NCBI RefSeq assembly: GCF_020745735.1
Contig: NC_083418.1
Span: 62,141,776-62,205,775 of the forward strand
DNA: 64,000 bases
Source of the DNA: Hemiscyllium ocellatum
Taxonomy: Eukaryota
Direction of reading: 5' to 3'
The notes under the pieces are model-generated. The model made no database searches. It saw only the letters and a list, made by a program, of their open reading frames with translations, and had not been told where the DNA came from. Positions within the stretch are counted from its first letter, which is position 1. Each line of letters begins with the position of its first letter. A program made the position numbers and the translations under genes. This document shows, one piece after another, positions 63,392-64,000 of the stretch.

Positions 63392-64000
63392 ATGGAAATG
63401 AAGATGCCTCTACGACTGTTACCCGATGACTTCTTATATGCAGAAACCAGGCCAACCAAAAATACCCAGAAGGAAGTCATAGTTTCAATGGAAAAGCTTT
63501 ATGAGACAGAGACGGTTACACCAGTTCATGGCCTACTGCGGCATTCCCCATTACCACAGAGCAAACCAGTGGGAACTATGCCATTAGAAACACTGCCTTT
63601 GGACAAAAAAACTTTTGAAGATAAGGCCCTGGAACAAATGCTTTTAGAATGCGACCCATCAAAAAACAAGTCCTGTGACTTTAGCCAAATAAAAGCAAAA
63701 TCTTTGGAAGAGCATATATTGCGATTGCAAAATCTCTGTCGCATTTGTGGAGTTGCCTTTAACACCAACTGTTATGATATGAAATACCCAGTAAATGGTC
63801 CTGTTGATGATGTCACCCAAGAGGTGCTCAAGAAAATGGGACATGGCGAGTGTTTTTGGCCAGAACTCATCCGTAACACATTTAGGATCGATGTCAAGAC
63901 AGATACAGAAGCCAGATACCCCACTCACTTCTGCTATAACTGTTGGCGTATTGTGATTCAGACAATTAACAATACAACGAATGAAGATGCATTCTTTCCG
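63392..64000 (+). CDS. RAG1: RAG1 or RAG1-like recombinase, N-terminal 203 codons, cut off by the window end
   Basis: Polypyrimidine tract plus AG at 63378-63379, ATG at 63392 with A at -3 and G at +4, no stop to 64000; contains LQNLCRICG, YPVNGPVDD, FWPELI, FRIDVKTD, PTHFCYNCW and AFFP, matching the RAG1 N-terminal zinc-binding region (CND). Confidence 0.9.
   Translation, partial: MEMKMPLRLLPDDFLYAETRPTKNTQKEVIVSMEKLYETETVTPVHGLLRHSPLPQSKPVGTMPLETLPLDKKTFEDKALEQMLLECDPSKNKSCDFSQIKAKSLEEHILRLQNLCRICGVAFNTNCYDMKYPVNGPVDDVTQEVLKKMGHGECFWPELIRNTFRIDVKTDTEARYPTHFCYNCWRIVIQTINNTTNEDAFFP

Noticed and set aside
63483-63587. Alternative-frame peptide FQWKSFMR resembling the missing RAG1 FSEWKFKLFR motif, suggesting a frameshift
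   Set aside because: The match is weak, the spacing from PDD is wrong, the frame is bounded by stops, and the main frame is open throughout.

Overview
AT-rich, repeat-dense vertebrate DNA, most likely from a shark (inferred from elasmobranch HE1-type V-SINEs and CR1 LINEs). It holds the PTPMT1(+, last three coding exons) - KBTBD4(-, complete, 522 aa) - NDUFS3(+, complete, 7 exons, 261 aa) cluster known from human 11p11.2, with KBTBD4 and NDUFS3 head-to-head on a CpG island. At 63392-64000 there is a 203-codon ORF that runs off the window and is absent from the ORF track. It encodes a RAG1 N-terminal region (LCRICG, YPVNGPVD, WPELI, FRIDVK, FCYNCW). It lies about 18 kb downstream of NDUFS3 instead of next to TRAF6 and looks unusually divergent, so it may be a second RAG1 paralog. 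The other main signal is many Penelope-like elements from several unrelated families. They range from 2.3-kb inverted elements to hairpins of about 200 bp with 10-16 bp target-site duplications, and they carry minimal hammerhead ribozyme motifs with palindromic stem III, several with intact cores. All calls were made by eye. Comparisons with human proteins are from memory, and repeat boundaries are approximate.
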